The notes below the pieces were generated by a model. It ran no database searches and had not been told where the DNA came from. It saw only the letters and a list, made by a program, of their open reading frames with translations. The position numbers and the translations under genes were made by a program. From assembly GCF_000757865.1 (NCBI RefSeq), contig NZ_CP007754.1, forward strand, positions 540,001-572,000: a stretch of DNA of 32,000 nt, given 5' to 3'. How positions within the stretch are numbered: position 1 is the first letter of the stretch; each line of letters opens with the position of its first letter. The stretch is from Prochlorococcus sp. MIT 0801 (GTDB taxonomy: Bacteria > Cyanobacteriota > Cyanobacteriia > PCC-6307 > Cyanobiaceae). Below, in pieces: positions 9,439 through 19,972 of this stretch.

Positions 9439-11235
9439 ATGAGAAATGCAGATCATAGAAAGAAAAGAAAGACTTTTAAAGTAAAAACTCTTTCGCCCTT
9501 ATCTCAGTCCAGGTTTAGAATTATATTTGTTTTATTATGCCTTGGACTAGGGGGGCTTTTTTTAAGGGTAGGTTGGCTTCAGCTGTTTCAGTCTGATCAA
9601 TTAAGAGCCCTAGCACGCGAAGTTCAAACAGAACAAAAGAACCCTTTGGGGACACGTCGATCTATTTTAGATAGAAATGGAAAGCTTGTCGCAATAGATG
9701 AGAGACGTTTTAAGATTTGGGCTCATCCTAGGTATTTTAATTTTCCTGGTGATTCATCTAGGACAGTGCGTAAACCAGTCGAAGTGGCAAAGCTTCTTTC
9801 TACGCCACTATCCAAAAGTGTTGATGAGATTTTAAACAAATTAGGAAATTATTCTTCAGGGGTAAAACTTGCAGAGGGGGTGACCCCCGAGCAAGCTAAT
9901 GCAATTAAGAAACTTGGAATAAGTGGTATTGATTTGGAGGTGTATCCTCAAAGGCTTTATCCTCACGGATCACTTTTTGCAAATGTAGTTGGTTTTTTGG
10001 ATTTAGACAGAAGACCTCAGGCTGGCTTGGAATTAAGTTTAGATAGTGATCTAAAGCGTCTAGAAAAAACCAGTGTAATCAGAAGAGGAGCTGATGGAAC
10101 ACCTTTGCCTACAGGTGTTCAACGTGGAGTCTTTGATGAGGATCAATTAAGTCTTCAACTAACCTTAGATGTAAGGCTTCAGGAAGTAGCCATTAAAGAA
10201 ATTAGTAAGCAAGTAAAGAATTGGAATGCAAAAAAAGGTGTGGTCATCGTAATGGATATAGATACAGGAGAACTTCTGGCATTGGCTTCTACGCCAACTT
10301 ATGATCCCAATAAATATTGGGATTATTCTCCATCTCTGTTTAAAGAGTGGTCAGTACAAGAATTATTTGAACCTGGTTCTACCTTTAAGCCAATTAACTT
10401 GGCATTGGCTTTGGAGGAGGGGGTTATCAGCCCTGATGGAGAAGTGAATGATGATGGTCTAGTAACCGTAGGAGGATGGCCTCTATCTAATTGGGATCGG
10501 AGACCAAACGGTGTATTGACTTTCCCTGAAGTGTTACAAGTCTCAAGCAATGTAGGTATGGTTAAGATTATGAATAAATTGAATGCGAGTAATTACTGGC
10601 AATGGTTAAGGCGCCTAGGCATTGATGAAATCCCACATACTGATCTTCCAGGAGCAGTCTCTGGACAAATAAAATCAAAGCAGACTTTTGTAAATCAACC
10701 TATAGAACCTGCGGTAGCCTCCTTTGGTCAAGGCTTTTCTATTACTCCGCTTAAACTAGCTCAATTGCATGCTTTAATTGCAAATGGAGGCAGACTTGTG
10801 ACGCCTCATATCACTAAAGGCCTGAAAGGTGATCATGAGTCGTATTTCAATAATCCTTCAGAACCTAAGCAGATTCTATCTCCTGAGGTTACAAATACTG
10901 TTCTTGGATGGATGGAGACAGTTGTGTCGTTTTACGATGAAAGTGGTATTGAGGTAGATGTTCCTGGCTATCGAATTGGAGGAAAAACAGGGACGGCACA
11001 AAAATCGCAGGATGGTTTTAACTATAATTCTAAAATTTGTAGTTTTGTTGCAAGTCTTCCTATCGATGATCCTCGCTATGTCGTTTTAGCAGTTATTGAT
11101 GAACCCCAAAAGCCAAATGCCTATGGATCAACGGTGGCTCTCCCTGTGGCAAAAAAAATTATTGAGACTTTGCTTGTGATAGAAAAAATCCCTCCAAGTA
11201 TTTCTAAAAAAGAACATTTGGCTATCAAAAGCTAA
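9439..11235 (+). CDS. ftsI: penicillin-binding protein, class B transpeptidase (PBP3/FtsI-like)
   Basis: 598 aa with an N-terminal TM anchor and the transpeptidase motifs STFKP (SxxK), SSN (SxN) and KTGTA (KTG). Confidence 0.9.
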   Translation: MRNADHRKKRKTFKVKTLSPLSQSRFRIIFVLLCLGLGGLFLRVGWLQLFQSDQLRALAREVQTEQKNPLGTRRSILDRNGKLVAIDERRFKIWAHPRYFNFPGDSSRTVRKPVEVAKLLSTPLSKSVDEILNKLGNYSSGVKLAEGVTPEQANAIKKLGISGIDLEVYPQRLYPHGSLFANVVGFLDLDRRPQAGLELSLDSDLKRLEKTSVIRRGADGTPLPTGVQRGVFDEDQLSLQLTLDVRLQEVAIKEISKQVKNWNAKKGVVIVMDIDTGELLALASTPTYDPNKYWDYSPSLFKEWSVQELFEPGSTFKPINLALALEEGVISPDGEVNDDGLVTVGGWPLSNWDRRPNGVLTFPEVLQVSSNVGMVKIMNKLNASNYWQWLRRLGIDEIPHTDLPGAVSGQIKSKQTFVNQPIEPAVASFGQGFSITPLKLAQLHALIANGGRLVTPHITKGLKGDHESYFNNPSEPKQILSPEVTNTVLGWMETVVSFYDESGIEVDVPGYRIGGKTGTAQKSQDGFNYNSKICSFVASLPIDDPRYVVLAVIDEPQKPNAYGSTVALPVAKKIIETLLVIEKIPPSISKKEHLAIKS

Positions 11236-11327
11236 GAGATGGCTAAATTTCCCCAAAAGTACTGATTAAGGGGTGAAATCTATAAAAAATTTAGCTAGCC
11301 TATGACATATGAAAGAAGTTTTATCTT

Positions 11328-12326
11328 ATGGAATCCCTTCTTAATCAGCTATCTTCAATGACTGTGGTGGTGGCTGATACTGGTGATCTTGAAGCGATCA
11401 AGAAATTTCATCCCAGAGACGCTACAACAAATCCTTCTTTAATTCTGGCGGCTGCACAAATACCTGCTTATCAAAACTTGATTGATCAAGCACTTACTAC
11501 CTCAAGAGAAATGTTAGGGGCTAGTGCCTCTAAGACTGACGTAGTCAAGGAAGCTTTGGATGAACTTTGTGTTGTCTTCGGTAAAGAGATTTTAAAATTA
11601 ATTCCTGGCCGTGTTTCAACCGAGGTTGATGCAAGGCTAAGTTTTGATACTGATGCGACTATTGCAAAAGCAAGAAAATTAATTGCTAAATATAATCAAG
11701 ATGGAATTTCTAACGATCGTGTTTTAATCAAAATTGCTTCTACTTGGGAGGGAATAAAAGCTGCCGAGGTATTAGAAAAAGAGAATATTCATTGCAACCT
11801 AACTTTGTTGTTCAATTTTTATCAAGCAGTTGCTTGTGCTGAGGCAGGTGTAACGCTTATTTCACCCTTTGTTGGAAGAATTTTAGATTGGTATAAATCT
11901 GCTACAGGAAGGGATTCTTATCCAGCGAGTGAGGATCCAGGGGTCGTTTCTGTTACTAAAATATTTAATTATTTCAAGTCAAATGGTTATCAGACAGAGG
12001 TCATGGGAGCAAGTTTCAGAAATATAGAGGAAATAATCGAGCTTGCAGGATGTGATTTGTTAACGATTTCGCCCAAATTACTTCAGCAACTTAATGAGAC
12101 TTATTTGGACTTGCCAATCAAGTTGAATGCACAAAATCCTTTACTCATTGAAGAGAAAATACATCTAGATCAGACATCTTTTGAACTAATGATGGCTGGA
12201 GATAAAATGGCTACGGAAAAACTTGATGATGGAATTAGCGGTTTTAGTAAAGCAATTGATAAATTAGAAAATCAATTGAACGAAAGACTTGAGTTGATTG
12301 AAGGAGGAGTTGCCCTAACTCTTTAA
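11328..12326 (+). CDS. tal: transaldolase
   Basis: 332 aa. [27 protein letters not shown] and [13 protein letters not shown] (Schiff-base Lys region) are classical TalB-type motifs. Confidence 0.95.
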   Translation: MESLLNQLSSMTVVVADTGDLEAIKKFHPRDATTNPSLILAAAQIPAYQNLIDQALTTSREMLGASASKTDVVKEALDELCVVFGKEILKLIPGRVSTEVDARLSFDTDATIAKARKLIAKYNQDGISNDRVLIKIASTWEGIKAAEVLEKENIHCNLTLLFNFYQAVACAEAGVTLISPFVGRILDWYKSATGRDSYPASEDPGVVSVTKIFNYFKSNGYQTEVMGASFRNIEEIIELAGCDLLTISPKLLQQLNETYLDLPIKLNAQNPLLIEEKIHLDQTSFELMMAGDKMATEKLDDGISGFSKAIDKLENQLNERLELIEGGVALTL

Positions 12327-12329
12327 GCT

Positions 12330-13460
12330 TTAATTTTGGAAGAGTAATCTTTTGATTACTCTTTTAGCAATATCTTCATAACCCATCTCACCTGAGAGGA
12401 TTTGTGCAATTCTTTTTGGAGCTGTAGGTCTTTTTACACCTAATTGGTATCCTACTTTGGGAAAACGATAAAAAACTTGAGAAATTCTTTTACCCCAAGC
12501 CATCGAATTCCCCCAATTTCTTTGTATTGTTTTTGTATATGCGTCTAAACAATTCACTTCTCCATCTAGCCAATAAATAAGGCTTTTTGCAGCTTCAAAT
12601 CCACTCATCAAAGCGGGCCTTAATCCTTCAGCTAAAAAAGGATCACATAATGAGGCAGCATCGCCAACCAGAAGAATTCCTTCCCCGTTTAATTTACTGT
12701 GGCCATTCCATATCCTTAATTTTTTTTCATGACCAATTACTTCAGAAGGATCAAAATCTAAATCAGGAAGAAATGATTTAAGTATTTCATTGACTCGAAG
12801 TGAATTCTTATTATCCAGAAAACTTCCCATCCCAATATTTACTTCATTGTTTAATGGAAAGGCCCATGCAAATCCATTCTTTACTAGGCCAAATTCAAAT
12901 CTAGCAGTTTCATGACCTAGATTTCCTCTCCTTTTAATTCTCCCTGAGAAAGTTGAGGCAAATTTTTGTTGATTTGGACCTAAATTAAAAGTTTGAGGCC
13001 ATGGCGATTGAGAACCATCAGCAATAACAATTGCTCTTGCCTCTATTTGTCTCCCGTCAAGAGCGGTGATATGCCAGACATTAGATTTTTTTTTTACATC
13101 GACTACATTAAAAGTAGTCAATAAATTACAACCAGAATTTAGTGCTTGATCTAATAAGAATGAATCAAGTTTTTCACGTTTAACCATCCAAAAAGGAGAA
13201 GACCCAGAGAGCTCAGCGACTACTTTGTCAGTATTGCACCAACTAAACTCTACATTTGTTATTACTTCATCAACTATTGGTAAAAGTTTAAAAGGAAACC
13301 AATTTTGCACTGCAGCAGACATTCCACCCCCGCAAATTTTCTCTGGAGAAGAAATATTTTTTTCAAGAATACATACTTTTTTACTTTTACTAGCCAGATG
13401 AAATGCTGTAGTAGTACCTGATGCTCCCCCTCCAATAATGGCAACATCTATGAGGGTCAA
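12330..13460 (-). CDS. FAD-dependent oxidoreductase, geranylgeranyl-reductase-like family
   Basis: 376 aa. The dinucleotide-binding motif [10 protein letters not shown] begins at residue 6, and [15 protein letters not shown] is typical of the family. The TTG start at 13458-13460 overlaps the frr TGA stop (TTGA). Confidence 0.8.
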   Translation of the reverse strand: MTLIDVAIIGGGASGTTTAFHLASKSKKVCILEKNISSPEKICGGGMSAAVQNWFPFKLLPIVDEVITNVEFSWCNTDKVVAELSGSSPFWMVKREKLDSFLLDQALNSGCNLLTTFNVVDVKKKSNVWHITALDGRQIEARAIVIADGSQSPWPQTFNLGPNQQKFASTFSGRIKRRGNLGHETARFEFGLVKNGFAWAFPLNNEVNIGMGSFLDNKNSLRVNEILKSFLPDLDFDPSEVIGHEKKLRIWNGHSKLNGEGILLVGDAASLCDPFLAEGLRPALMSGFEAAKSLIYWLDGEVNCLDAYTKTIQRNWGNSMAWGKRISQVFYRFPKVGYQLGVKRPTAPKRIAQILSGEMGYEDIAKRVIKRLLFQN

Positions 13461-14005
13461 ACTTTTAAAATCTCAGCTTCTTTTTCTGAAAGTTTTTTTT
13501 CAATATCTTTAATAAAATTATCCGTCTCTTTCTGAATTGTTTCTTGTTCATCTCTACTTTGATCTTCGGAAAGATCACCATCCTTTTCAGATTTTTTGAC
13601 TCTATCTATTGCCTCACGTCGTATATTTCTTAAGGCAACTTTCCCTTCCTCTGCATATTTGGATGCGAGTTTGCAAAATTCTTTTCTACGCTCTTCAGTC
13701 AATGGAGGAACATTTATACGTATTATTTTGCCATCATTATTTGGAGTAAAACCTAGATCACTTGTTGCAATTGCTTTTTCGATTGAAGCTAATGATCCTA
13801 AGTCGAAGGGTTGAATTGCTATCGTTTGAGAGTCAGGAGTAGTGATGGTTGCGAGAGATTTTAGTGGAGTTTCAGCTCCGTAGTATTCGACTGAAATTCT
13901 GTCTAATAAAGACGTATTTGCCCTTCCCGTCCTGATGGTATTGAAATTCCTCTGAGCTGCCTCTACAGATTTGCTCATTGTGTTTTTTAGCTCTTGGTTT
14001 GACAT
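13457..14005 (-). CDS. frr: ribosome recycling factor
   Basis: 182 aa. [37 protein letters not shown] and ALRNIRR are RRF signatures. Confidence 0.95.
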   Translation of the reverse strand: MSNQELKNTMSKSVEAAQRNFNTIRTGRANTSLLDRISVEYYGAETPLKSLATITTPDSQTIAIQPFDLGSLASIEKAIATSDLGFTPNNDGKIIRINVPPLTEERRKEFCKLASKYAEEGKVALRNIRREAIDRVKKSEKDGDLSEDQSRDEQETIQKETDNFIKDIEKKLSEKEAEILKV

Positions 14006-14057
14006 TCAGATTAAGTTTTTGGGAATTGATTTTTAAAAGCTTCAAAAAAGTTCAGTT

Positions 14058-14771
14058 TTAACTTGAATTAGAAATTCTTGATCCAATTGGTTCGCCAGAA
14101 ATAGCTTTAGCAATATTCCCCGGTTGGAAAATATTAAACACAACTATTGGGATTTTATTATCTTTGCAAAGAGCAATAGCAGTGCTATCCATTACTCCTA
14201 TTTCGTTAGCTAATACATCTTGAAAGGTGAGGTTGTCATATCTGACAGCATCAGTGAATTTTTTTGGATCTCGATCGTAAACCCCATCAACTTTCGTGGC
14301 TTTGAAAACAACTTCGGCGTTAATTTCAGCGGCCCTAAGTGCAGCAGTGGTATCAGTTGTAAAAAATGGATTACCGCATCCACCTCCAAAAACTACTACT
14401 CTTCCTTTTTCAAGATGTCTTATTGCTCTTCTTCTTATATACGGTTCTGCAATCTGCTGCATGTCAATAGCAGATTGAACTCTTGTTGGTACTCCAGCTC
14501 TTTCTAATCCATCTTGAAGTGTAATCGCATTCATTACTGTTGCAAGCATCCCAACATAGTCAGCCGTGGCTCTATCCATTCCTGCAGCTGATCCTTTTAG
14601 ACCTCTAAAAATATTTCCACCGCCAACAACAATTGCTATTTGCGTGCCATTTTCAACCACTTTTGAAACATCCTTGGCAATTGATTGAACAATTTCAGGA
14701 TCAATCCCATAAGGTTTATCTCCCATAAGAGCTTCACCACTGAGTTTTATGAGTGCTCTAGAGTATGTCAT
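14058..14771 (-). CDS. pyrH: uridylate (UMP) kinase
   Basis: The track ORF runs to 14801, but the ATG at 14771 gives [15 protein letters not shown], the standard PyrH N-terminus. [11 protein letters not shown] and [11 protein letters not shown] are present. Confidence 0.93.
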   Translation of the reverse strand: MTYSRALIKLSGEALMGDKPYGIDPEIVQSIAKDVSKVVENGTQIAIVVGGGNIFRGLKGSAAGMDRATADYVGMLATVMNAITLQDGLERAGVPTRVQSAIDMQQIAEPYIRRRAIRHLEKGRVVVFGGGCGNPFFTTDTTAALRAAEINAEVVFKATKVDGVYDRDPKKFTDAVRYDNLTFQDVLANEIGVMDSTAIALCKDNKIPIVVFNIFQPGNIAKAISGEPIGSRISNSS

Positions 14772-14867
14772 TAAAAATTCATAACAATTTGACAGTAGCA
14801 AGTCTTGGGAGAACGTCTTGACATCTGTATTGGATCCCTTGCGATGGAAGTATTTTAAGACTATAGA

Positions 14868-15560
14868 TTAATATTCAATTCCTTCTTGTGCTTTTATTCC
14901 TTGCTCTCTAAAGGGGTGGTGGATTAATTTCATTTCTGTCACAAGATCAGCTGAATCGATTAATTTTTCTGAGGCTCCTCTTCCAGTCAAGACTATATGT
15001 GTAAGTTCTGGACGCAAATTTATGCCATTTATAATTTCATCTTCTTTAATATATCCAAGTTTGATTGCAACAATGATCTCGTCTAAAATTATGAGTTTAT
15101 AATTTGGGTCTTTAATATATGAGACCGCCTTTCTCCAGCTTGACTTAACTAAATTTATATCTCTATTTCTATCTTGTGTTTCCCATGTGAACCCTTCCCC
15201 GCATGCATGAAACTTTAACTTATCCCCAAATATTTTCAAAGCTAATGATTCACCTGGTTCCCATCCACCTTTGATAAATTGAACTATTGCAACTTTGTAG
15301 TTATGACCAATAGTTCTTAATCCCATCCCAAGAGCTGCTGTAGTTTTACCTTTACCTTGACCGGTATTAACTATTATTAGACCTTTTTCTTTTTTTCTTT
15401 CTTTTAATCTTTGTGTTTGAACTTCTTTCCTCTTTTGCATTCGTTCTTTATATTTTTCTTCGGTGATGTTTGGTATTAAATTACCACCCATTCCTATTTT
15501 TTCTGCACTCTTGTCTAGCTTATTAAGTCTTGAATCCTCTTTATTAATTTTATTTTTCAT
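14868..15560 (-). CDS. cobO: cob(I)yrinic acid a,c-diamide adenosyltransferase
   Basis: 230 aa with P-loop GQGKGKTTAALG, FIKGGW, and LIILDE followed by LTGRGA. This is the CobO/BtuR family. Confidence 0.88.
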   Translation of the reverse strand: MKNKINKEDSRLNKLDKSAEKIGMGGNLIPNITEEKYKERMQKRKEVQTQRLKERKKEKGLIIVNTGQGKGKTTAALGMGLRTIGHNYKVAIVQFIKGGWEPGESLALKIFGDKLKFHACGEGFTWETQDRNRDINLVKSSWRKAVSYIKDPNYKLIILDEIIVAIKLGYIKEDEIINGINLRPELTHIVLTGRGASEKLIDSADLVTEMKLIHHPFREQGIKAQEGIEY

Positions 15561-15590
15561 TTCCCAAGCTTAGATTAAATAAGTTAATAA

Positions 15591-15637
15591 AAGAATAATT
15601 TCTAAAAAAGATATAGCAATAAATATTAATTATTCTT
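15591..15637. repeat. perfect 10-bp inverted repeat (AAGAATAATT ... AATTATTCTT) with a 27-nt spacer, between the recombinase stop and the cobO start
   Basis: Read directly: arm 1 is 15591-15600, and arm 2 (15628-15637) is its exact reverse complement. On the minus strand it is followed by a T/A-rich run. Function unknown (a large-loop terminator or a binding site). AT-rich arms make chance occurrence plausible. Confidence 0.5.
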
Positions 15638-15641
15638 CTTG

Positions 15642-16802
15642 TTAATATTTAACTCTAGATAGAGCACTATCGACTGCAATTTGTTGATCTCTTCTTGTTA
15701 TCCAATGATGGTAGGTTTTTGTATGTATTGACACTGAGTGTCCCATCATTTTTGCAGCTACAGTATTTGGTAGGCCTATTAAGATGGTCCGAACTGCCCA
15801 TGCATGCCTTAAATCATAGGGGGTAAAAGATAGTTTATATCTTCTGAATTGCTCAGATACTCTTCTTCCTATGTGTTGAAGAGTTGTCTCTTTTAGATCT
15901 GTTTTAATTTCTGGGAGCAAACTTGAAGTATCAGTTATGTTTTCTAGCTCAAATAAACCAACCCATTCAGGGTGAAATGGCCAAACTTGATGCTCTCCTG
16001 TTTTCGTATTTGGGAAAACCCGGAGTATTTTATCCCCACCTTTTTTTAAACAAGATAAGTCACTAAAAAAGACTTCATGATTTCTAAGCCCATAAGCTGC
16101 CATTAACCCAAAAACAAATCTCCATTTTGGATTTGGTATTAATTGAAAGCTATCAATAATTTCTTCATCACTAGGTAACTCTCTGAAATTTGATTCGTGT
16201 ATGCCATAACCACTTTGAAGTTGTTTCCAGTCCTTTGGGAGTTCTACTTTAAGGTGTCTAGCTAAAGCACTTAAAGCAATTCCACATTGTTGTCTGCTCC
16301 TTGAATTTTCTTTGTAACTTAAAAGGATTTTCACTAAGAGCTCCTCGTTTAATTCAAGAGTAGATTTATGACTTACTCCAATTAATCTGTTCAAATATGG
16401 TTTGTAAGCAGACTGCCAAGTGCTGATCATTCCGGCTGATGATTTGCTCCTAGATGTATCAGAAAAAAATTGTCTTTTAAAGCTTTCTATTTCATTGCTT
16501 ATTACTGTTTTATTAGTCTTTCTTGCTGAGAAAGCTTTCTCTTTAATCCAATTAGACCAACAAAATTGATTTTTTTTAAGTTGATAATCTACCAATTCTA
16601 TAGCTTTTCTAGCCTCTTCTAGACCGTTAACGTCGAATGGAAGTTTCAGACTTATTCTTTGAACTTTAGAAAGATCATGAGATTTCTTATCTGGCAAAGA
16701 ACCTCGAATGTTTAAAACTTTACCCCTTTTCTCAATTCTTAGATTGATTCCCTTTGATTCAAGGTCTTGGTTGATATCTAGTAACTTTTGATTCTCGTCC
16801 AT
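15642..16802 (-). CDS. tyrosine recombinase (phage-integrase family)
   Basis: 386 aa with catalytic-domain signatures: GLRNHEV (Arg I), YDLRHAWAVR (box II Arg/His), and MGHSVSIHTKTYHHW (His plus nucleophilic Tyr). Confidence 0.85.
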   Translation of the reverse strand: MDENQKLLDINQDLESKGINLRIEKRGKVLNIRGSLPDKKSHDLSKVQRISLKLPFDVNGLEEARKAIELVDYQLKKNQFCWSNWIKEKAFSARKTNKTVISNEIESFKRQFFSDTSRSKSSAGMISTWQSAYKPYLNRLIGVSHKSTLELNEELLVKILLSYKENSRSRQQCGIALSALARHLKVELPKDWKQLQSGYGIHESNFRELPSDEEIIDSFQLIPNPKWRFVFGLMAAYGLRNHEVFFSDLSCLKKGGDKILRVFPNTKTGEHQVWPFHPEWVGLFELENITDTSSLLPEIKTDLKETTLQHIGRRVSEQFRRYKLSFTPYDLRHAWAVRTILIGLPNTVAAKMMGHSVSIHTKTYHHWITRRDQQIAVDSALSRVKY

Positions 16803-16873
16803 GATCCTGTAAATTTAGCTAGCTTTACTTCGATAAGGGTTTGTATACCCTTTTATAAGGAGTTTTTTCTAAA

Positions 16874-18049
16874 ATGGCTCGGGTTGGTGTCCTCTTATTA
16901 AATCTCGGAGGTCCTGAGAGGATTAAGGACGTAGGCCCATTTTTGTATAATTTATTTTCTGATCCAGAGATAATACGTTTACCAGTTCGTGCTTTTCAAA
17001 AACCTCTTGCTTGGCTCATAAGCTTATTAAGAAGTAGTAAATCACAAGAGGCTTATAGATCAATTGGAGGTGGATCACCTTTACGTCGTATTACCGAGCA
17101 GCAGGCAAGAGAACTCCAAAGTTACCTTAGGAATATAGGAATAGACGCAACAACATATGTTGCGATGAGGTATTGGCATCCATTTACTGAGTCAGCGGTG
17201 GCGGATATGAAGGCTGACGGTGTTAGGGAGGTTGTTGTTTTACCTCTTTATCCCCATTTTTCTATAAGCACAAGTGGATCCAGCTTTAGAGAATTGAAAA
17301 GGTTAAAAGATAGTGACGACGAGTTTGCAGAATTATCAATTCGTTGTATTCGAAGCTGGTTTGATCATCCAGCCTATGTTTCTTCAATGGCTGAATTAAT
17401 AAAGAAGCAAATATTAGATTGTGATTTACCCCAAGAGTCCCACGTTTTTTTTACTGCACATGGTGTCCCAAAAAGTTATGTAGAAGAAGCCGGTGATCCT
17501 TATCAAGATCAAATACAGAACTGTTCACTTTTGGTTATTGACCAGCTTGAAAATTCTCTTGGATTCACCAATTCATTCTCACTTGCTTATCAAAGCAGAG
17601 TAGGGCCAGAAGAGTGGCTAAAACCATATACCGAAGAAGTATTAGAAAAACTAGGTAAATCAGGTGTTAAGGAACTTGTCGTGGTCCCAATAAGTTTTGT
17701 GAGTGAGCATATTGAAACTCTCCAAGAGATTGATATTGAGTACAAAGAAATTGCTCAGAAAAACGGAATTGTTAATTTTAAAAGAGTTCCAGCTCTTGAT
17801 ATCTATCCTTTGTTTATTGAAGGTTTGGCCGATTTAGTTTCTTCTTGCTTAAACGGCGAGGGGATTAGTTTGGAGGAAGCATCAAAATTGCCAGAAAGAG
17901 TAAAACTTTATCCTCAAGAGAAATGGCAATGGGGTTGGAATAACAGCTCTGAAGTTTGGAATGGAAGAGTTGCGATGATTGTTTTTCTTTGTTTTTTGTT
18001 GGAATTAATAATTGGGAGTGGACCTTTACACCAAATAGGTTTGCTTTAA
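16874..18049 (+). CDS. hemH: ferrochelatase with C-terminal chlorophyll a/b-binding (CAB/LHC-like) helix
   Basis: 391 aa. [17 protein letters not shown] and [10 protein letters not shown] are ferrochelatase motifs. The C-terminal [21 protein letters not shown] is the ExxNGRxAM LHC motif typical of cyanobacterial and plastid type II ferrochelatase. Confidence 0.95.
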   Translation: MARVGVLLLNLGGPERIKDVGPFLYNLFSDPEIIRLPVRAFQKPLAWLISLLRSSKSQEAYRSIGGGSPLRRITEQQARELQSYLRNIGIDATTYVAMRYWHPFTESAVADMKADGVREVVVLPLYPHFSISTSGSSFRELKRLKDSDDEFAELSIRCIRSWFDHPAYVSSMAELIKKQILDCDLPQESHVFFTAHGVPKSYVEEAGDPYQDQIQNCSLLVIDQLENSLGFTNSFSLAYQSRVGPEEWLKPYTEEVLEKLGKSGVKELVVVPISFVSEHIETLQEIDIEYKEIAQKNGIVNFKRVPALDIYPLFIEGLADLVSSCLNGEGISLEEASKLPERVKLYPQEKWQWGWNNSSEVWNGRVAMIVFLCFLLELIIGSGPLHQIGLL

Positions 18050-18194
18050 AGAATTAAAATAACTATTTGTGCTAATTAGTTTAATAATAAGCTTGCTGTT
18101 AAAACTTAGAGAATTTAATTAAATCTTTGCTTAATTTACTTTAATTGAAATTATGCATACTAAGATTTATTGTTAGTTCAGATTTTCTTCTGCC

Positions 18195-19958
18195 GTGACC
18201 CTGACTTCTACACCTACTCAAATAGGAGATTCAGGAACACAAACTCATCATGAGATTTCAGGAGCTGATGCCTTGATGGATTCTCTTCGTAGGCATGGAG
18301 TAGATACTATTTTTGGTTATCCAGGCGGAGCAATCCTCCCAATATATGATGCCGTTTTCAAAGCAGAGCAAGAGGGATGGTTAAAACATATTCTTGTTCG
18401 ACATGAGCAAGGTGGGACTCATGCAGCAGATGGTTTTGCTAGAGCGACGGGAAAAGTAGGTGTTTGTTTTGGTACATCAGGGCCTGGAGCTACGAATCTA
18501 GTAACAGGAATAGCCACCGCTCAGATGGATTCTGTACCTCTAGTAGTCATAACAGGACAAGTTCCGAGACCTGCTATCGGTACGGATGCTTTTCAAGAAA
18601 CAGATATTTTTGGGATAACACTTCCAATTGTTAAACATTCATGGGTCGTAAGAGATCCATCTGAAATTGCAAAAGTTGTAGCGCAAGCTTTTCTTATTGC
18701 ATCCTCGGGTAGACCAGGACCTGTTTTGATTGACATACCAAAAGATGTTGGACAAGAGATGTTTAAATATCTTCCTGTTGAGCCAGGTTCAATAAAGCCA
18801 CAAGGCTTTGAACTTCCATTCGCGCCAGAACATAAAGCCATAAGTTCAGCCTTAGATTTAATTGAAAATGCTGAGAAACCACTCCTTTACGTTGGCGGGG
18901 GTGTTATTTCTTCGGGGGCACATGAAACTCTTGCAGCGATTGCTAAAAGATATCAAATACCTGTAACAACAACTTTGATGGGGAAAGGCGCTTTTGATGA
19001 ACGTGATCCCTTATCAGTTGGGATGCTTGGTATGCATGGAACAGCTTATGCAAACTTTGCAGTGACTGAATGTGATTTGTTGATTGCTATTGGAGCAAGA
19101 TTTGATGACAGAGTTACAGGTAAATTAGATACTTTTGCTCCAAAAGCAAAAGTAATTCATTTTGAGATTGATCCTGCTGAAATAAATAAAAATAGAGTAG
19201 TTGAAGTCTCCGTACTAGGTGATGTTGGCATTAGCCTTGTTAAATTATTAGATCTCAGTAACCAGAGGAAAACAAATCCAAGAACCTCTAAATGGATTAA
19301 TAAAATTGAAAACTGGAAAAATAATTTTCCTTTGATAACTCCTCCTAAAGAAGGAGAAATTTATCCACAGGAAGTTTTAATTGCGTTGAGAGATTTGGCG
19401 CAAGATGCATATATTACAACTGATGTTGGACAACATCAGATGTGGGCAGCTCAATATTTGTTAAATGGACCTAGACAATGGATTAGCAGTGCTGGACTTG
19501 GAACAATGGGTTTTGGAATGCCCGCTGCAATGGGAGTCAAAGTTGCTTTGCCCAAAGAGAAAGTAATTTGTATTGCCGGTGATGCAAGTATCCTGATGAA
19601 TATTCAGGAGCTTGGAACTATCGCTCAATACAAGTTGAATTTAAAAGTTATTATCATCAACAATCATTGGCAAGGAATGGTTAGGCAATGGCAAGAAAGT
19701 TTTTATGATGAAAGATATTCGGCATCTAACATGTCTGTTGGAGAACCTGACTTTATTTCGCTATCTAACGCTTTTGGGATTGAGGGCATAGTAATTTCAG
19801 AAAGAGAAAAACTAATCCCTGAACTCCAGAAAGCATTGGCGAATGAAGGACCAGTTCTTGTTAACGTAAATGTAAGAAAAGGTGAAAATTGTTATCCTAT
19901 GGTGCCACCTGGGAAAAGTAATGCTCAAATGGTTGGCATATCTGAGATTAAGAAATAA
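18195..19958 (+). CDS. ilvB: acetolactate synthase (acetohydroxyacid synthase) large subunit
   Basis: 587 aa. The ThDP-enzyme motifs IFGYPGGAILPIYDA and GLGTMGFGMPAAMG...GDASILMNIQEL are present. The GTG start at 18195 is plausible but not forced, because M28 is an alternative. Confidence 0.93.
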   Translation: MTLTSTPTQIGDSGTQTHHEISGADALMDSLRRHGVDTIFGYPGGAILPIYDAVFKAEQEGWLKHILVRHEQGGTHAADGFARATGKVGVCFGTSGPGATNLVTGIATAQMDSVPLVVITGQVPRPAIGTDAFQETDIFGITLPIVKHSWVVRDPSEIAKVVAQAFLIASSGRPGPVLIDIPKDVGQEMFKYLPVEPGSIKPQGFELPFAPEHKAISSALDLIENAEKPLLYVGGGVISSGAHETLAAIAKRYQIPVTTTLMGKGAFDERDPLSVGMLGMHGTAYANFAVTECDLLIAIGARFDDRVTGKLDTFAPKAKVIHFEIDPAEINKNRVVEVSVLGDVGISLVKLLDLSNQRKTNPRTSKWINKIENWKNNFPLITPPKEGEIYPQEVLIALRDLAQDAYITTDVGQHQMWAAQYLLNGPRQWISSAGLGTMGFGMPAAMGVKVALPKEKVICIAGDASILMNIQELGTIAQYKLNLKVIIINNHWQGMVRQWQESFYDERYSASNMSVGEPDFISLSNAFGIEGIVISEREKLIPELQKALANEGPVLVNVNVRKGENCYPMVPPGKSNAQMVGISEIKK

Positions 19959-19972
19959 CTTAAAAACTTTTT

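Noticed and set aside
14809-14822. TTGACA hexamer (14817-14822) and a GTCTTG direct repeat (14802-14807, 14815-14820) in the cobO-pyrH spacer, considered as a promoter
   Set aside because: The -35-like hexamer is on the plus strand, where no gene follows, and no properly spaced -10 element is present on either strand.
14868-18049. Interpreting the integrase-family gene as the edge of a prophage or genomic island
   Set aside because: The flanks are cobO and hemH. I saw no tRNA, no direct repeats, no phage, transposase or cargo genes, and no visible compositional shift. It is treated instead as an orphan or domesticated recombinase (see findings).
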